The position numbers and the translations under genes were made by a program. From Octopus vulgaris (taxonomy: Eukaryota): a stretch of 64,000 nt of DNA. Under the pieces are notes generated by a model. That model saw only the letters and a list, made by a program, of their open reading frames with translations. It did no database searches and had not been told where the DNA came from. This document shows, one piece after another, positions 51,450-64,000 of the stretch; the first letter of the stretch is position 1; the number at the start of each line of letters is the position of its first letter. Location: the NCBI GenBank assembly GCA_951406725.2, contig OX597826.1, forward strand, positions 59,086,001 through 59,150,000. Reading direction: 5' to 3'.

Positions 51450-53080
51450 TGCGGTGGTTGGTATGGGGGTGGTAGTGTTAGTTGGTATTCCAGTGGTGAT
51501 GATGGTAGTGGTACCGGTGGTGGTTGTGGCGTTTGTGGTTGTTTTATACAAGTGATGATGGTGACGGTGGATTTGGATATTGTAGTGAAGGTGGATGTTT
51601 TGTAGTAGTGGTGCTGATTGTGGTGGTGGTGGTGGTTGTGTGTTGGTTGTGTGGTGGTTGTGATGGTGGTGGTGGTTGTGGTGGTTGTGGAGGTAGTTGT
51701 GGTGGTTGTGTTGGTGGTGGTTGTGTTGGTGGTGGTTCCGATGATGGTGATGGTTCCGATGGTGGTGGTGGTAGCGGTGTTGGTGGTTGTAGTCGTTGTG
51801 GTGGTGGTGATGGTGGTGTTGGTTGTGTGTTGGCGGTGGTGTTGGTTGTGTGGTGGTTATGGTGTTGGTTGTGTGGTGGTAGTGGTGGTAGTGGCGGTAA
51901 TGGTGGTGGTGGTGGTAGTGGTGGTGGTGGTGGTTGTTTTATACTAGTAATGATGTTGACAGTGGTGATGAAAATTGTGGTGATGGCATTTGTTTTGTGG
52001 TATTGGTTGTGGTAGTGGTTGTGGTGGTGTCGGTGGTTTTTGTAATACCGTTGTTGTTATTGTGCTAGTGGTGATGTATCTGGTTGTGGTGGCGGTGGTG
52101 GTAGTGGTAGGATGGCTGTTAATGTATTAATGGTGAAGGAGGTGGTAGAGGATATTATAGCGGTGGTGATACTATTTAGTAGTGGCGAAAGTGATGGAGT
52201 TTGGCTTTGAAGCAGCAGTGTTATTGTTGTTAGTGATTGTGACAGTGATGGTGGTGATGGTGGTGTTGGTAGGGTGGCGGCGTTGGTGTGGTGTGGTAGT
52301 AGTGAGGGCGGGTGTGGCGGCGGCGGTGTTGATGGTGGTAGTGGTGCTGGTGTTGATGGTGCTCGTAGTGATTGTGGTGTGGTGGTGGTGGAGATGATTG
52401 CGGAGGATTGCGGAGGCAGCAGAGGCAGCGGCGGCGTTGGTGTGGTGTGGTAGTAGTGAGGATGGGTGTGGCGGCGGCGGTGTTGATGGTGGTAGTGGTG
52501 CTGGTGTTGACGGTGCTGGTAGTGATTGTGCTGGTGTGATGGTGGTTGTGCTGTTGAAGGTGGTAGTGGTGGCAGCGGCGGCAGTGGTGGTGGTGGTGGT
52601 GGTGGTATGATATATGTGGTAGTGATGATGGTGATAGGACGACGATGGTGGCGACGGTATTGACGGTGTTGAGAATGGGGGTGGCGAGGAAGGTTGCGTA
52701 AGATACAGAAAAGAAAGGAAGCTGGCAATACAAGATGACATTCCTTTGAGCTGAGACAAAGATGTGAGGGGCGATGGGAGATTTTGGTGACATACGAAGT
52801 CGGTAGGAGGAATGACGGTGTTGTGCCAGTTGGGCGGATGATGGTGGTGGTGGTGGTGGTGGTGGTGGTGCAGGTGATGTAGGTGGTGTACTTTATCGTA
52901 CTGGTGGGTGTCGTGGAGGAGGAGGTGTTCTTATCGTGGAGGAGGCGATGGTTGTTGTAGAAGAGGAGGCGATCTTTGTTGTCGTTGAGTTAGCAGTAGA
53001 TATTATTATAATAGTAGTAGCAAAAGACAGTGGAAATGGTGATGGTGGAGGTGCTGATGGCAGTGGTGGTGGTAGTGGTG
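51450..53080. repeat. (GGT)n cryptic simple repeat region
   Basis: Direct sequence; roughly 100-bp internal duplication at 52276-52378 and 52429-52530. Confidence 0.9.
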
Positions 53081-53700
53081 GTGGTGACGGTGTTGATAGT
53101 GTAGTGGTGATGATGGTGGTGGTGGTGACGGTGTTGATAGTGTAGTGGTGATGATGGTGGTGGTGGTGACGGTGTTGATAGTGTAGTGGTGATGATGGTG
53201 GTGGTGGTGACGGTGTTGATAGTGTAGTGGTGATGATGGTGGTGGTGGTGACGGTGTTGATAGTGTAGTGGTGATGATGGTGGTGGTGGTGGTGACGGTG
53301 TTGATAGTGTAGTGGTGATGATGGTGGTGGTGGTGGTGACGGTGTTGATAGTGTAGTGGTGATGATGGTGGTGGTGGTGGTGACGGTGTTGATAGTGTAG
53401 TGGTGATGATGGCGGTGGTGGTGACGGTGTTGATAGTGTAGTGGTGAGGATGGTGGTGGTGGTGACGGTGTTGATAGTGTAGTGGTGAGGATGGTGGTGG
53501 TGGTGACGGTGTTGATAGTGTAGTGGTGATGATGGTGGTGGTGGTGGTGACGGTGTTGATAGTGTAGTGGTGATGATGGTGGTGGTGGTGGTGACGGTGT
53601 TGATAGTGTAGTGGTGATGATGGTGGTGGTGGTGGTGACGGTGTTGATAGTGTAGTGGTGAGGATGGTGGTGGTGGTGACGGTGTTGATAGTGATGGTGA
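53075..53700. repeat. 41/44-bp minisatellite, about 15 copies
   Basis: GACGGTGTTGATAGTGTAGTGGTGATGAT(GGT)4-5 recurring from 53086 to 53678. Confidence 0.95.
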
Positions 53701-54517
53701 AGACGATAGTGGTGACGGTGATGATGGTGGTGATGTTGGCGTGGAGATGGAGATTGTATAACTAGGGGTGATGGAGGTGATGGTTGTGGGTTGATGATGA
53801 TGTTGATGATGATGCAAATGTCTGTGTTAGCTGAGAGCAAGTCGGTGGTGATGCTGAAGGTTTTGTTGGAGACAGTGGTTCAGTTAGAGATGGTGGTGGT
53901 GGTGGTGGTGGAAGTACAGGTGTAAAACATAACTGTGTTAGTGGTGTGGAAGATGCGCTTGATTGCGGTGGAAATAGTGCAGCTGGCTTGAAGGAATTAG
54001 AGCTGTTATGTGGAAGAAGTGCATAAAGTGTGAATATAGGTTCGCGGGGGCGCGGCGGAGGGAGAGAAAAGTGAACGGGAGCATATATGCGTAAGAGTGA
54101 GTCTGTAACATTAAATATATATATATATATATATATATATACTCTCATCTGTGTGTGGTGTGTGTGTATGTGTGAATAACAGTGTGTATATTTATATAAT
54201 GTGGTATATAATTCAGTGAAACCATTGAAGATGTCACCGTGTGGCACAGTGTGACACAAAGGTGGTGGTTTCACAAATGATAAGAAATTATATGTATACA
54301 AGCATACAAACGTACGCACACATGTATACACATACATGCACACAGAGAAGCGTGCGAACACATACATATAGATGCGAATGAAAGTATGCTGCCAAAATTA
54401 TATATGTAATTTTTAAAGACACAAAACACACACATGTATATGCGAGTGTGTGTATAGAAAATACAAACATACACAAGCATATACATATGTAGATATATAT
54501 GTCGAAGTATGCGTGTA

Positions 54518-54561
<44 letters not shown>

Positions 54562-54654
54562 TTTCACTCCATTTCTTAATTTAACTGTTATACAAAACAT
54601 TTCACTTAACCCTAGAATTTCTATCTTTATAAGTAGGGTGTTATGGGGTGTTTA

Positions 54655-54715
<61 letters not shown>

Positions 54716-55081
54716 TAGAATATAAGGGGTTTAGTTTTAGTTCATTTGTGACCTAAAAGAAGAGGTACGCTGGGAAAGTCCTATAGTAGGTCGGCCGTTA
54801 GATTCTATGATCACAGCTATGGCTGAATCTAGACATTCGTGTTAAGGTTCCGTTATAGCAGGTGTATATTATATTATAGGAGAAATCGAAACCAAATCAG
54901 AGCAAGTATCTCAAGTCATTTAGAATAATTTAATTTGAAGTCTTACATCCGTTTCTAGGTTACCATGTCCATGCACTGGGTATTCCATCATCAGAGATAA
55001 GGTATGATTATTTTCTTAAATATTCATTTATTATAAAATTGCAAATTGATACTCACAAACACGTATGAGGATAATCAATAG

Positions 55082-55298
55082 CTTTACTACCCACAACAGG
55101 CTAAACAGAGAGGACAAACAAGGACAAACAGATTAAGTCGATTATATCGACCCCAGTGCTTAACTGTTACTTAATTTATCGACCCCGAAAATATGAAAGG
55201 CAAAGTCGACCTCGGCGGAATTTGAACTCAGAACGTAACGGCAGACGAAATAGGGCTACGCATTTCGCCCGGCGTGCTAACGTTTCTGCCAGCTCGCC
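55082..55298 (-). mobile_element. SINE family B
   Basis: Reverse-complement match. Confidence 0.9.
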
Positions 55299-55553
55299 GA
55301 GGATAATCATAATGATGATGACGGCTATGATAATGTTGAGAAATTTGAATGTGACGATAATGCCTACGAAGATAATATAACGAACAAGGTGATGACATCG
55401 ATGATGATGATGATGATTATGGTGGTAGTGGTGGTAGTACTGATGGTTGTGGTGGTGGTCGTGGTAGTGATGGTTGTGATGGATTAAAAAATTGTTAATG
55501 ATGATGATGATGATGATGATAATGACGATGGTGGTGGTGGGAATGACGATGAC

Positions 55554-55594
<41 letters not shown>

Positions 55595-56341
55595 GGTGGA
55601 GGAGGAGGAGGAGGAAGAGGTCGTGGGTCATATGGAGCAGCTGCAACTATTGGTAATGATGATGACGATGACGATGGTGATGATGATGATGATGATGAGC
55701 ATGATGTTGAAGAGGTGAAGTCAGAAGACCAAGAGGGGAATGACCATGACATTGCTGCTACTACTGCTACTGCCACTGCTACTGCTACTGCTTTTACCAC
55801 TGCTACCACTGCTGCTGCTGCTGCTACATCTACTGCCCGTCGCTGCTGTTGTTGATGATGATTGAGAAACGTCAAGTGTCGAAGACAATACTAGTTGGCA
55901 TATCTCCAGTTTCCCAGAGGCCCTGTCTGTCTTCTTTGTAGAAAGAAATTCCTCAAGGCCCTTTCCTAACTCTGCTGCCTGCCTGTCTGTTTCCTAAACG
56001 TCTCTCCCCCTTCCAGACACATTTTAAAGGAGTTTGACTTATTCTCCACCCCTAAACACACATTGCAAACACTTCCTGCTCCGCCCCTATACATATTCTG
56101 TGACAAAAGGAAATCCTTATTTTATGTTCTCCTTGGTGGAGATCACCGGGTTTCCTCCACAGGCACTCCCGCCACCATGTCATTCAACGCATGCGCCTAC
56201 ACATCACAGTGTACTGTTAACCTCGTTCCGACATACACATACATGCACAAGCATGAATAACATATTCAATGCTACATGCACACACACACACACACACACA
56301 TGCATGCGAAGATATAAATACATAAGTACATACACACATAC

Positions 56342-56407
<66 letters not shown>

Positions 56408-56436
56408 ATATTTATGTATGTATATATATACATATA

Positions 56437-56495
<59 letters not shown>

Positions 56496-56569
56496 GCATG
56501 TTCAACACAAATGATACGTTAACCCTCGTGGCAACTGTAACGAATGGCACGAATATTTTTGAGAATGAA

Positions 56570-56700
56570 CGAGGCTGCGTTGTAAGAAGTTTGCGTCCCA
56601 AACATACGGTTCTGGGTTCAGTCCCACCGTGGGACATCTTGGGCATGTGTATTCTACTAGACAAGGTGGATTTAGTTGACGGAACCTGAAAGAAGCCACC

Positions 56701-56739
<39 letters not shown>

Positions 56740-57200
56740 CATATATATATATATATATGTATATATGTATATATGTGTGTTTGTGTGTGTGTGTGTGTAT
56801 GTATATATGTGTGATATATATATTTATGTGTGTATATATGTGTATTTATGTATATATATATGTGTGTGTGTATATATATATTTGTGTGTGCGTGTATATG
56901 TGTGTAAGTGTGTATGTGTATGTGTGCGTGTGTATGTATGTTTGTCTGTCTGTATGTGGGCGTGTGCGTGTATGTTTTTCTGTCTGTCTGTATGCGGGCG
57001 TGTGTGCGTGTTTGCTCCCTAGAACCGCTTGACAACCGAATTTCCTTTATCTGCGTCCTCGTAAATTAGCAGCTCGGCGATACACCCCTATATACTAAGT
57101 GCTAGACATGAGAAAAAAATTAATATTGAGGACCATTCGTTTGACAAAAAACCTTCAACACGGTGCCCCAGAATGGCCGTAGTCCAAAGACTTAAGAATA
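56570..57200 (+). mobile_element. SINE family A, diverged, expanded internal microsatellite
   Basis: GGTTCAGTCCCACCGTGG..CTTGGGCATG head; CGGTGCCCCAGAATGGCCG tail. Confidence 0.75.
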
Positions 57201-57444
57201 ATGCTGTAATGTACATAATGCATGAGAAATTTAAAGAGTAATATATATGATAATTTATCTAATGTATGTAGTAATATATAATTAACATATATGGTAATTT
57301 ATGTGATACAACTGGTAATTTGTTAGAGATGTACGATAATTTACTAGGAATATATATGATAATATATCACTAATAAATATTATATTAATGACGTATACGA
57401 TCAGTCATGTTATTGAAAATGGATAACGTATAAATATATCTATA

Positions 57445-57820
57445 CGCGCAGGAGTGGCTGTGTGGTAAGTAGCTTGCTTACCAACCACATGGTTCCGGGT
57501 TCATTCCCACCGCGTGGCACATTGGGCAAGTGTTTTCTACTATAGCCTCGGGCCGACCGAAGCCTTGTGAGTAGATTTGGTAGACGGAAACTGAAAGAAG
57601 CCCGTCGTATATATGTATGTGTGTTTGTGTTTGTCTTCCTACCATCGATTGACAACCGATGGTGGTGTGTTTACGTCCCTGTAACTTAGCAGTTCGGCAA
57701 AAGTGTCCGATAGAATAAGTACTAGGCTTCCGAAGAATAAGTCACTGGGTCGATTTGCTCGATTAAAACTGGTGCTCCAGCATGGCCGCAATCAAATGTC
57801 CGATACAAGTAAAAGAGTAA
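57445..57820 (+). mobile_element. SINE family A
   Basis: Full-length match. Confidence 0.9.
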
Positions 57821-58119
57821 TCGTGTATGTTGATAGGCATATAGTATATCCACGTCATAGCCTCCATTCTTTTATAATCTTAACGTTCTTTCTACGCAGC
57901 ACTGGATTTATTAGCTCTATTTAATTAGATTGGATCAGCAGTTTGTCACCACGAATGTATATGTGTAGTACCAATCTTGAGGAATTTTAATTGAATGGAT
58001 CGATTTCAGTAATTTTTTCTTTAAGCCTAATTCTTATTCCTTTTGGCCTTTCAGCTGAACCAGTAAGATACGGGAACTTAAGCATAACAGGACTGTCTTT
58101 CTGTATGTGTTTGATGACC

Positions 58120-58463
58120 AAAGGTTTTTTTAGTCCAAGAAATCCACCGCGGGACTTATTCTTTGTAAGCCTCGTACTTATTTTTCCGGTCTCTTTTTGC
58201 CGAATCGCTAAGTTACGGGGACATAAACACGCCAACATCTGTTGTCAAGCGATTGTGAGGGGAACAAACACAGACACAAAGACACGCACATAAATATATA
58301 CCTGTATATCCGACGGGCTTCTTTCAGTTTCCATTTATCAAATCTACTCACAAGGCCCGAGGCTATAGTAGAAGACACTTGCTGAAGGTGTCACACAGAG
58401 GTACTGAACTCAGAACCGTGTGGGTGGGAAGGTAAACTTCTTACAACACAGCCAAGCCTGTGC

Positions 58464-58466
<3 letters not shown>
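58120..58466 (-). mobile_element. SINE family A
   Basis: Reverse-complement match, tail diverged. Confidence 0.82.
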
Positions 58467-58521
<55 letters not shown>

Positions 58522-58739
58522 TACACAGATATAAAAGAATTACGCATTTATTAATGTAGTCTTGGAGGCACTGTACTTGGAGTATTACTCTGGTGGATAT
58601 GGTTCGAACATCTTTGATTTTTCATCTCCGTTCGATCCTACCGGGGTTTCTAATCAGCAAACAATAACGTTATGGCCACAAATTATAGCAATGATATAGC
58701 AGCAAATGCCAGCAGAAAATCACTTTAAGATCGCAAAAG

Positions 58740-60039
58740 CCATCACCACACTCACTATCATCATCATCATCATCAGCAGCAGCAGCAGCACCACCACCAT
58801 CACAACCACCACCACCAACAACAACAACATCAACACCAACACCAACACTACCAACACCACTACCATCTCTATCACCACGAACACCACCACCACTACCATC
58901 ATCATTATTATCATCATCGTCAACAGCAGCGGCAGCAGGAGGAGCGGCAGCACCACCACCACCACCATCACCACCACCACCATCATCATCATAGTCGTCA
59001 TCGTCATCACCATCATCACCACCACCACCAACACCAACACTACCAACACCACTATCTGCCATTAACATCATCATTATTATCATCATCGTCGTCATCGTCG
59101 TCGTTACCAACACCACCACCACTACAAAACAAGCACCACCACCACCACCAAAACCACCACTACCATCACCCCTACCATCATCACCCCCACCATCATCATC
59201 ACCACCATCGTCATCATCTCAAACCACCACTGCCATGCACCGCCACCACCAACAGCAGCAGCATCACCAATACAACCGCAGACATCGTAGCTTCTTTCAC
59301 TAACGCTCTCTTCTACACTGCTGTCTGCGCACCTTATCCACGTGCTTCTACCGTCACCACAACAGCCGACGTTGTCACCCAGCGCTGCCTTGATGCCACC
59401 GCCCAGATGCTGCTGCCATCATTGCTGTCGTCATCACTGCCGCCATCACTGCCACCAACCAGATGCTGCTGCCAACGTCAGCCCCACCACCACCACCACT
59501 ATGGTACCACCGTCGCCACCACTGCCGCACCCATCATCGCCTGTGCCGCGTCCGCTTCCGTCTCTGTCCCGAGTACCAACGAATAACCCCGCCTCACCCA
59601 GACACGCCAATTTCACTACCGTCAACATCATCGCCACCACCTCCACCACCACCATCACCGCCATCACCGCCGCTGCCACTACTGTCGTCACCCCCACGGC
59701 GCCACCGCTGCCGCTTCCTTGGCACATACATACCGGTACCACTTGTCCAAATAATTAAAAATTCAACCAATTTAATCGAGACTCGTGTGCGATGACAATC
59801 GAGGCCTGTTTACATCATTTAAATTTATAGACTCTCTCCCATCACCTCTACACAAACACCGCCACCGCCTCCACCTATACCTCCACTACACCTAATACTA
59901 CTGCTACCATCCTCACTACCACTACGGTCACCTCAAGACTTACACCAACACTACCACTTCTACTGTAATCCTTCTAATACCACTACAGCTGCCATCGCTG
60001 CCATCTCAGACATCATACCAGCTATTATCATCACTACTA

Positions 60040-60071
<32 letters not shown>

Positions 60072-60900
60072 ACTACTACTACTTCTACTACTACAATCAT
60101 CACCACTGCCACGGCCCTCAGTCATCACTACTACCACCTCCACCACCACCTTCACTACTACCTCTATCGCTACTATCGCCTCTACCTCATACACCGCCCC
60201 TACCGCCGCCAGCATCACCACCACTACCACCGTTAACACCGACACCATCATCGAAGCCACCACCACCACCACATCGATCACCATCGTTACTATCACCACC
60301 ACATCTAATGCCACCACCAACGCCATTATCACAGTCAGTAAAATCGCACTACACCAACCATCATCATTAACACCACCAACACTACCACCACAAACACAAC
60401 CCCCACTAATACCACCACCACCACCACCACAATCACCACCAAACTACAACCTTCTCCACCATCTCTACCACCACCACCACCACCGCAATCACCACCACCA
60501 TCACCACCACCAAACTACCATCAATCATCTCCACCACCAAACCACCACCATCTCTACCACCACCATCTCTACCACCACCACCACCACTAAACCACCATCA
60601 TCTCAACACCACCACCACCACTTCCACCAACACCAACACCAACACCAACACCACACCACCACCACCACCCTCACCAACAACAAGAACAACAAAAACAACA
60701 TCCACACCACCACCACCCTCACCAACAACAATAGCAATAACAGCAACAACAACAACAAAAACATCAACATAGCCACCACCACCACCACCACCACACCAAC
60801 AACAACAACAACCTGAACAACAACAACACCGACAAAAAATCTAAAACAACACCACCAACAACAAAAATATCAACGCACGGCCACCACATAAATATCATAC
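58740..60900. repeat. (CAC/CAT/CAA)n cryptic simple repeat region
   Basis: Direct sequence. Confidence 0.88.
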
Positions 60901-61304
60901 GACCCATCTTTAACCTCTTCCGTCTTCCATCAACGCAACCACAACATAGGAAACAAAACATGGCCAATAACGAAACAGCAAAAACAATATACAACGGATT
61001 TTAATACAACAACCATTATTAAACCTCCCGCATTAAAAATTTAGAGGTTCATCAACATCGCCCTAATCCACAACTGCTCTATTCTTCCCTTGTTAATGAC
61101 AAAATGCTGCCGAGCCAATCATTTCAGTCAACACGTTCCATCTGCTAAACATTGATCATATCAAATATTATGCCATACAACAGTAAATCAGATTATCTCC
61201 TTGACGGTGCTTGTCGAAATAAATATTTGAGCCATACATATATACATACATACACACATACACACATACATACAGACAGAGAGACATTCAGACAGATATA
61301 TTAT

Positions 61305-61880
61305 CATAAAACTAAACCAGAAAACCGATGAAAAAGAGAATACCTACGCTGGACTGCTGAGAAATCTGCAGTTACTCTGCCCAGTTCAGGTTTATACCTG
61401 TAATTATTGGGGCATTGGTATATGTAGCACACTGCCTAAATACCAATCTTGAGAAATTAGACTTCTTTAAACTAGAAATGAGAAACCTAATTCAAAGACT
61501 ACTAATACAACCCATCGCTGGAACAGTAAAGATCTGTAAAACATTCCAGAAGTGCATCATTTAAGTATGTGTCAGTATGTCAATATATGCAAGTATATGC
61601 ATGAGAAGACATACATAAATCAAACATACAAATGCGTACGTATAAATATATAAAAACATACATACATTCATACATACATACATACATACATACATACATA
61701 CATACATACATACATACATACATACATACATACATACAAACAAACAAAGATACTCTGTTGTTGATGTTGAAATTCTAATGAAGGAGCCTTGGATCTAGGT
61801 GAGAAACCGGCTCTTGGATCTAGGTTAAAAACTGACTCTCTCTATATCGGCAAGAAATCTTGAAATAAAACTGAAGTATA
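61305..61880 (+). mobile_element. RLE-type non-LTR retrotransposon 3' remnant (second family)
   Basis: EKENTYAGLLRNLQLL, then frameshifted FRFIPVIIGAL...LEKLDF...IAGTVKICKTF*; same K..KY..L / P.I.GA.G pattern as the 45437 element. Confidence 0.65.
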
Positions 61881-62476
61881 GATCCATCTATAAACTATAA
61901 ATTCATTTTATATAAATATTCGTAAAATTATCCCCAGTGAAATGTTAATTGTTGGGATCTCTGCATTATTAATTGAATCTTCGTACGACGTCAAATGCGA
62001 AGTCAAATAGTTTTCGATGCATTTTTAAACAAAGCTGCTCGAATGGCTCAACTTCTTGCGTGTATTCTGCAATATTCCGTTTAGTTTCCTATAAGGATGG
62101 TGTTCACACGTCTCTAAGTTTAAAGCGGTATCAAGAAAATTGTCTAAATTAAGATTAATGGCTGCAGTAATTTAGACGTACAAGTCTTTAAATAAATTAA
62201 GCAGATTTCTCGTAAATACATTAATTTTCTGGTTGATAAGGTTACGTAAGATTATAAACCCATTATTGCTTTACAATACCATCAAAAAATTACCTAGAAT
62301 TTAGGATGGATTACGGGTAAAAAAAAAGTAATCAGTTGAGTTGTAAATTGTTGCGGAAAATATTGCAACAATTTGAACTTCCAAAAAAATTATATATCTC
62401 TTTTGACCCACAATGTGTTGTTAAAATATAATAAAAATATCATTCATCTACAGTAGTAGTTGAATAATATTCTTAA

Positions 62477-63490
62477 GGCCGCAATTTTCTCACATGCATC
62501 ATAATTCAGAGATTTGTCGCTAATTCAGTTCTTAACCAAATTGAAAAGTGGTTTAACATTTTGTGGGGAGACTGGTCCCTAGCTATATTTTGGCATTAAA
62601 AACAATTAATTAAGATTTGGTCCAGTAGAAAAAAGTTTACAACAAAATTTGTAGCAACGTTATAGTGGAGTAAATAACGCCTCCAATCAAGTTTAGATCT
62701 AAAAAACATTTTTTTATTTTAGAAGCAAAATATATTTATCTTAGCTTCAATGATAGAAGAAAGTATGAGGAATTTCCTAACTTTGGTCCCATGCACCAAA
62801 AATTTGTATTAAAATAAGTTGTGAGATAAAATATCATGAAAAAAATATATATAAGTAAGGCAAAAAATTGGATTTAAGTATAATTAACTTTTCTATTTTA
62901 AAAACAGACTATATTTTGATTAAGCTTAAATGATAGAGCTCAATTCGAGGAATTACATGGTATGAATTTTTGAAAGAAAAAAGTTATCAGTGTTTGCTTC
63001 TCAAATTTGAGGGTGATAATATAGTTCGATACTTTTCTATGAATATAGTTCTATAAGGGGATTTTTATATATATCACCGGTGTTATTGACGTAAGGAAAA
63101 ATTATCAAAGACACCGCTAATTTGCAATTAGTTTAATTACATCATCTGTACTAAATAATGCAATTATATTGTGTTAACACTGTCCCGTAATATCTGAGAA
63201 GAGAAATAGAATTTCTCAGTTTTAAGACTTCTCAAAGAATTTTTAAGACTTCTCAAAAAATCATTCAACTACGGTAAGGCTGCAATTTACTCACACGCAG
63301 CATCTTTCAGAGCTTTGTAGCTAATTCAGTTCTTAACCAAACTGAAAACTGTTAACATTTTTGAAGAGGACTGCTCCCTGTAAGAACGCCTCCAATCAAG
63401 TTTAGATGAAAATAACTTTTTTTTAATTTTAAAAGCAAAATATATTTATTTTAGCTTAACTGATAGAAGAAAGCATGAGAAATTTTATAG
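62477..63490 (+). repeat. Diverged direct duplication (62477-62780 vs 63277-63490)
   Basis: Shared GCTAATTCAGTTCTTAACCAAA, AACGCCTCCAATCAAGTTTAGAT, AAGCAAAATATATTTAT.TTAGCTT.A.TGATAGAAGAAAG; the second copy lacks about 80 bp. Confidence 0.8.
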
Positions 63491-63652
63491 ATTTGTCATG
63501 TGACCATGGGTCCGCGTGCCACAGGCTGGAGGCATTCACTAATTTTCTAACTTTATTTCCAATTTTCAATTTTATAATGAGTTAATGTAAATAAAGTGCT
63601 CTTCAAATACTAATCTTATTATTTTTTAGATTAATATTTCGAATTTAAATTC

Positions 63653-63723
<71 letters not shown>

Positions 63724-63748
63724 TAATAATAACAATAATAATAATAAT
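63653..63748. repeat. (TAA)n microsatellite
   Basis: Direct sequence. Confidence 0.95.
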
Positions 63749-64000
63749 TCAATCACAATAATGAAAAAAATTAAATATTATTTAGAAATTTATTAAACTC
63801 ATTATTCAATTTTGAATTGGGTAAAATCTTAAATTATCAATTGAAACATATTAATTAGCATAATAGCATAGCCTGGAAAAAATATGGATTACATAGAAAA
63901 ATGCAAGCAAAGGAAATAATATTCTTAAGATTATAAACCTGGAAAAGTACATTCGGTAAAGTACAGAACAAGGAAATTTTTATTTAAAATATTGCTGCTA

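Noticed and set aside
51524-53840. Gly-, His- or Thr-rich ORFs (mucin or cuticle-like)
   Set aside because: (GGT/CAC)n cryptic repeats with no consistent frame.
61770-61830. Hammerhead-like CUAAUGAA...GAAACCGG
   Set aside because: Core G5 is missing and stems are poor; better explained as retroelement 3' UTR with a short duplication.

Overview
Repeat-saturated, AT-rich metazoan DNA, most likely from an octopus or other cephalopod (inferred from the SINE families and microsatellite load). I can support no intact host protein-coding gene, and almost all ORFs in the supplied track are microsatellite translations. The window holds about 30 tRNA-derived SINE copies from four families, decayed LINEs (RTE, CR1, R4/Dong-like RLE), and Penelope-like remnants with several minimal hammerhead-ribozyme motifs and long hairpins. 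It also holds decayed Tc1/mariner/maT DNA transposons and a recurring RTE-derived non-autonomous element. The most striking feature is a pair of oppositely oriented composite tandem arrays (14871-16705 and 27810-31322) built from three alternating units of 22, 10 and 9 bp. Their cores match the consensus sites of TCF/LEF (AGATCAAAG), Grainyhead (AACCGGTT) and TEAD/Scalloped (ACATTCC at 9-bp spacing), so they resemble natural multimerised Wnt/Hippo/Grh reporter enhancers. That function is inference and untested. Coordinates were read by eye and may be off by a few bases, or by tens of bases for decayed elements.
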